Positions 37,432 to 41,293 of a stretch of DNA of 41,293 nt are shown piece after piece. How positions within the stretch are numbered: the stretch's first letter is position 1; each line of letters opens with the position of its first letter. The DNA is from Candidatus Heimdallarchaeota archaeon (lineage in GTDB: Archaea > Asgardarchaeota > Heimdallarchaeia > Heimdallarchaeales > Heimdallarchaeaceae), in NCBI GenBank assembly GCA_018238545.1, contig JABCTC010000030.1, positions 1-41,293 of the forward strand, given 5' to 3'. The notes under the pieces were generated by a model. It had not been told where the DNA came from. It did no database searches and worked only from the letters and a program-made list of their open reading frames with translations. Position numbers and translations under genes: made by a program.

Positions 37432-38652
37432 TCAGCTTTTAGGAATTATGCCTTTATCTATTAAGCTTTGTCTCATAACTTGTGCAGTTGCTTCAGGGAA
37501 CATTGTTGCAATACGATAAGTTTCCATTTTTTCTGCTCCTCCAATTCTTTGTATGGAGATGATGTCGATTAACATGTGCATTCCTGAATCATATCCTTCA
37601 TTTTCTTGTCTAATCAAGATGTTTCTATCTTGAAGTAGATGCATGTTTGGAGGTGCACTTTTTATGAACTCATCTAAAGCAATGTTAGCTTTTACAAGTA
37701 CGTCAGCTAAAGTTCTAAGTTGACCATCATCTAGTTCTATGAATCTTGACGTATGCTTCTTAGGAATCAGTCTTATCTGTCCATCTCTTTCTGGAGAAAA
37801 TGCTGTAAAAACAAACCATCCTTCATTTTCATAAACAATTCTTTCTTCTACTAGAAGTTCTTGACCTATAGGATCTTTAACATTTTTTCTAGATTTAGCT
37901 ATTGCACAGGCAAGACAGTATTTTTCATCTTTCATTGCTTTTTTGTGGAATTCTGGAACACTAAGAAAGCCCAAAGATGTCCATCCATGGCCAATATTGT
38001 TTGCATAGATGTATGTTTGCGAATGTAAATGGCAAATACTTGCACCTGCTTCTTCGCCAATGTTAAAGAAATGCAATGTGGTAAGTTGGTCTTTGTTGTA
38101 TCGTTCTTTTAGTGCTTCAATTGAGCGTTTATGCGCTAATTGAGTTGTTCTTAAAAGCGAGTATACTTCGTCAATAGGGGCTTCTGAAAGAGTGTCATAA
38201 TGATTAGTCGGAAGATGTACTAAACCAATCCCAACACTTCTATCTTGCAAAGCTTCTATGCTAGTTTTTTGTGTATGTTCAAATAATACTCTAGCCATGG
38301 GTGTAAATAAATTAACAATAGAAATAGCTGTACTATCATGAAGATTCCCTTTTGCTGGAGATGTACTGAAAGGATGATCTCCTTCTTCATCTTGTTTAGT
38401 TATAACAATTGCAGGTAGTTCTCCATTAATAACCTTGCAAAAAGAATCTGTTGGTGGTGAGGCGATTTTTTCAGTCTCATCATCACTTTGTTGATGTTCA
38501 AATGGTCTAGAACCTCTCAAAGGAGAGAATTGCGTAATATGACCTACTTTTGTGCCAAACTCGTTTATAATTGTTCGAAAAGGATCAAACCTTTCTAATG
38601 GCATGTTTTCTTTATCTTTGTATATACCCCAGTAACCTTCAGGAATTTCCAA
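37432..38652 (-). CDS. GalT-like HIT nucleotidyltransferase (possible ADP-glucose phosphorylase)
   Basis: SPLRGSRP, NLFTP, FNIGEEAGASICHLHSQ, CLAC, ERIVYEN, IPKKH. Confidence 0.8.
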   Translation of the reverse strand: MEIPEGYWGIYKDKENMPLERFDPFRTIINEFGTKVGHITQFSPLRGSRPFEHQQSDDETEKIASPPTDSFCKVINGELPAIVITKQDEEGDHPFSTSPAKGNLHDSTAISIVNLFTPMARVLFEHTQKTSIEALQDRSVGIGLVHLPTNHYDTLSEAPIDEVYSLLRTTQLAHKRSIEALKERYNKDQLTTLHFFNIGEEAGASICHLHSQTYIYANNIGHGWTSLGFLSVPEFHKKAMKDEKYCLACAIAKSRKNVKDPIGQELLVEERIVYENEGWFVFTAFSPERDGQIRLIPKKHTSRFIELDDGQLRTLADVLVKANIALDEFIKSAPPNMHLLQDRNILIRQENEGYDSGMHMLIDIISIQRIGGAEKMETYRIATMFPEATAQVMRQSLIDKGIIPKS

Positions 38653-38802
38653 CCTATATCACCACTACAACTTTTTGCTAATAGTAGTGTTTTTTAAATT
38701 AGCGGTAGGGTTGTATTTCTATCTTCGTATAATCTCTTCTATGTTTTTTCAAAAAACAACATTTAAAAACTAACAAAACTACATTCCATAGAGCATCATA
38801 CT

Positions 38803-39447
38803 GTGAGCAAGATGATAGGTAAAATACATAGATTGGAACCGATTCTATTTAAAGATATGATGGTACTTAGCGAGCAGTATATTGCAGCTGAGAAAGAAAA
38901 TATCAATGATATAAACGTTTTTCCTATTCCTGACGGGGACACTGGTAGTAATATGTTTTACACTATTCAAGCTATTGTAAACGAAGTTAAGAATATGGGC
39001 GGTGGGCATAGTAATAACGAGATTTTTCAGGCAATAAGCAAAGGAAGTTTTGTAGGAGCTAAAGGAAACTCTGGAGTCATTTACTCACAATTTTTAATTG
39101 GAGTAGTAGAATACCTTGAAAAAATACAGATTATTACACCATTAACATTTGCAAAAGCACTGGAAGAAGGAACAGAATTTGCATATGATGCCGTTTTAAA
39201 CCCAACAGAAGGGACAATTTTAACTGTAATGAAGAGAACTTCAGATAAAGCAATTGAGATAACTTCAGAGAAACAAGATATTGATTGGATAGAGTTTATT
39301 GATCTACTGGTAGAAGAAAGCAAACAATGTTTAGAAGAAACAACAGAAATGCTAGACATTTTGAAAGAAGCTGGAGTTGTTGATGCTGGAGCTAAAGGTT
39401 TTGTTCATATACTTGAATCCTGGAAGGAAGTTATCTACAACCAATAA
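38803..39447 (+). CDS. DAK2-domain protein (FakA N-terminal-like)
   Basis: INVFPIPDGDTGSNM, GAKGNSGVI, PTEGTILTV, GVVDAGAKG. Confidence 0.9.
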   Translation: MSKMIGKIHRLEPILFKDMMVLSEQYIAAEKENINDINVFPIPDGDTGSNMFYTIQAIVNEVKNMGGGHSNNEIFQAISKGSFVGAKGNSGVIYSQFLIGVVEYLEKIQIITPLTFAKALEEGTEFAYDAVLNPTEGTILTVMKRTSDKAIEITSEKQDIDWIEFIDLLVEESKQCLEETTEMLDILKEAGVVDAGAKGFVHILESWKEVIYNQ

Positions 39448-39470
39448 AATTGATGAGCTGAATGTAACTC

Positions 39471-39983
39471 TTGCTAGTAGTAATGACTGGTCCAACAAAA
39501 ATCGGAAAATCTACTCTTTTAGAAAAAATATATCTTGCTTTGAAAGAAGAATTTTCCATAGGTGGTGTTATCACCTTAGGGCAAAAAAAGAGAATATTTA
39601 TTGATTTACTAACTGGGGATAAAAGAAGTTTCTCAGAAAATGATGAAGAACAAGGAATAACAATAGGCGATTATCTTATTTCAGACAAAGCTATTGATTT
39701 TGCTTCCAATGCGATAATAGAATCAAAGGATAAGGATATCATAATTATTGATGAAATAGGAATTCTTGAAAGTGAGAAAAAATGTCTGTATGAACCTGTA
39801 AAAACATTGCTAAACTCAATTAATAACGCTGAAGACAAATTTACTCTTTTATGCGTGAGAGAGCGTGTTCTACCTCAAATCATAGCTCTTTATAAATTGA
39901 AAATCGATAATTTATGGAGAATAAGTCATCAACCTGATGAAGAAATATTAGACCAACTAATACGATTCATTAAAACTTCATGA
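39471..39983 (+). CDS. P-loop NTPase (NTPase_1/THEP1-like)
   Basis: TGPTKIGKST, IIIIDEIGILE. Confidence 0.85.
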   Translation: MLVVMTGPTKIGKSTLLEKIYLALKEEFSIGGVITLGQKKRIFIDLLTGDKRSFSENDEEQGITIGDYLISDKAIDFASNAIIESKDKDIIIIDEIGILESEKKCLYEPVKTLLNSINNAEDKFTLLCVRERVLPQIIALYKLKIDNLWRISHQPDEEILDQLIRFIKTS

Positions 39984-39996
39984 TCGAGGGAGGGAG

Positions 39997-40028
39997 GGCT
40001 GTGAATTATAAAACAGCAATTCACAGCC
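39997..40028. terminator. perfect 11-bp inverted repeat after the NTPase gene (terminator or operator)
   Basis: GGCTGTGAATT-N10-AATTCACAGCC. Confidence 0.4.
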
Positions 40029-40226
40029 AATATTATTTAGCAATTATATTATATAAAATCAACGTTTTTAAAAATTCAGACTTATTTAACCTAATTTTAT
40101 CGAAATCACTAATCTAAGATTCAAAATTCTATCATATTTTCTTTTTAAAATGTCTTTTTTCCTCTCGATAATTATCTTATTAAATAAATTAACAACTGAA
40201 AAATTAATCTATTCATTTAGGAAACC

Positions 40227-41201
40227 TTGAAATATTACTATCTCAAAAATTCTGACATGAAAAAAATATTTTCCATTTTTGTATTTATTACAATACTATT
40301 ACCTTTATTTTTGGGAAATAGCGTTAGTGCTTCAGATGAAACAAATCTGCCTGTTGTTGAACAAACTATTCAGGAATTACAAGTTGGTGCAATTGCACCT
40401 GATTTTACTGTAAGAGATGTTGATACTAATATTTCATACACTCTAAGTACCTTATTATCGGAAGGTAAAACTGTTTTTATCGATAACTGGGCTACTTGGT
40501 GTGCTCCCTGTAAAGCTTCCATACCCTTCCTTCAAGATCTATATTCAATTTATCCTCAAGATGTAGTAACTATGATTTCAATAGATGAAAGCGTAAGTGA
40601 TAAATTAGAACTAGTCCAACAAGCTAGAAAGAGTGATGATATGGATTGGGTAGTCTCCTTCAATGCAAGTGGTACTATTCAAGATGACTACATGGTTTCT
40701 GGAATTCCAACATTTTATGCCGTTGATCCTGATGGTACAATCTCTTGGAGTCAAGTGGGATATGCAGAAGAATATAGAACTATCTTCCTTGACGAGTTAA
40801 AAGTTGTTCTTCCAATAGATACAGTTGATCCAGTTATTGAAGAGGCTTCTGTAACAATTGGTACTGAATTTTCTATTCTTTATCCAGAAGTAGCAATATA
40901 TGCAAATATTACAGATAACTGGAAAGCAACTCAGGCTACACTTATTCTAGACAATGGTGATGATGTTATTCAATATGATTTGAGTTTGAAAATGAAAGAT
41001 GGTTATGATTTGATAAGCCAGAATGTAAGCTTAGATCCACTGATTTTGTATGGACACAATGCAGTAGACATCAAAATACAAGTTAAAGATTATTATGATA
41101 ATTCTGCAATAGAGACTTTCACACTTAATTTGACTAGTTATGTTGATACAGGTGCACCCGTTATCAACGCTTATTCTTACAATGTTACCGTAGTCAACTG
41201 A
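40227..41201 (+). CDS. secreted TlpA/redoxin with downstream beta-rich domain, possibly 3'-truncated
   Basis: signal peptide (likely start MKKIF), APDFT, WATWCAPC, GIPTF; stops just after a second DTxxPVI unit begins. Confidence 0.85.
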   Translation: MKYYYLKNSDMKKIFSIFVFITILLPLFLGNSVSASDETNLPVVEQTIQELQVGAIAPDFTVRDVDTNISYTLSTLLSEGKTVFIDNWATWCAPCKASIPFLQDLYSIYPQDVVTMISIDESVSDKLELVQQARKSDDMDWVVSFNASGTIQDDYMVSGIPTFYAVDPDGTISWSQVGYAEEYRTIFLDELKVVLPIDTVDPVIEEASVTIGTEFSILYPEVAIYANITDNWKATQATLILDNGDDVIQYDLSLKMKDGYDLISQNVSLDPLILYGHNAVDIKIQVKDYYDNSAIETFTLNLTSYVDTGAPVINAYSYNVTVVN

Positions 41202-41293
41202 TGAGTAAAATCTTACCCAATCTTGTTATGAGGGGGAAGGAGGGGAATAATTTTGAGCAAAAATAATAAAGAGAGTATATGTTAGTGAGAATA

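Noticed and set aside
2004-39604. Other short ORFs nested in or antisense to assigned genes (e.g. 2004, 3988, 4498, 15306, 23022, 31847, 35540, 39081)
   Set aside because: They are shadow frames with no motifs.
41198-41230. Hammerhead ribozyme (CTGATGAG)
   Set aside because: There is no GAAA core after the short stem and no flanking helices.

Overview
AT-rich, gene-dense window that is most likely from an Asgard archaeon (inferred Heimdallarchaeia-like). The evidence is three Rab-like small GTPases plus a GTPase remnant, longin-like and TPR-longin proteins, RING-type zinc fingers, a SAMP/MoaD-type Ubl, many zinc ribbons and archaeal TATA/GGTGA signals. The most unusual part is a co-oriented minus-strand locus at about 1358-6850. 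It begins with a secreted 102-aa precursor carrying three near-identical (E)DPTGGFPDEPIGG cores, followed by two double-HTH Lrp/AsnC-like regulators and two Rab-like GTPases with non-canonical G1/G3 motifs. One regulator and one GTPase share a 22-aa C-terminal tag conserved at the protein level. The intergenic regions are structured and contain a 14-nt sequence complementary to the precursor's ribosome-binding region. A membrane-anchored serine peptidase and a circularly permuted OppA-like binding protein (split by an in-frame TGA) lie nearby. The 7-16 kb region contains several gene remnants. The right half is mostly housekeeping: ComD/E-like decarboxylase, TrmO, NDP-sugar pyrophosphorylase, ThrC, LLM oxidoreductase, methyltransferases, VKOR, a glycogen cluster (degenerate PGM/PMM, GH57 branching enzyme, GlgA, GH57 hydrolase, GalT-like protein), DAK2, an NTPase and a redoxin. 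No rRNA, tRNA, CRISPR array or transposase was recognised. All calls come from motif reading only; no database searches were run.
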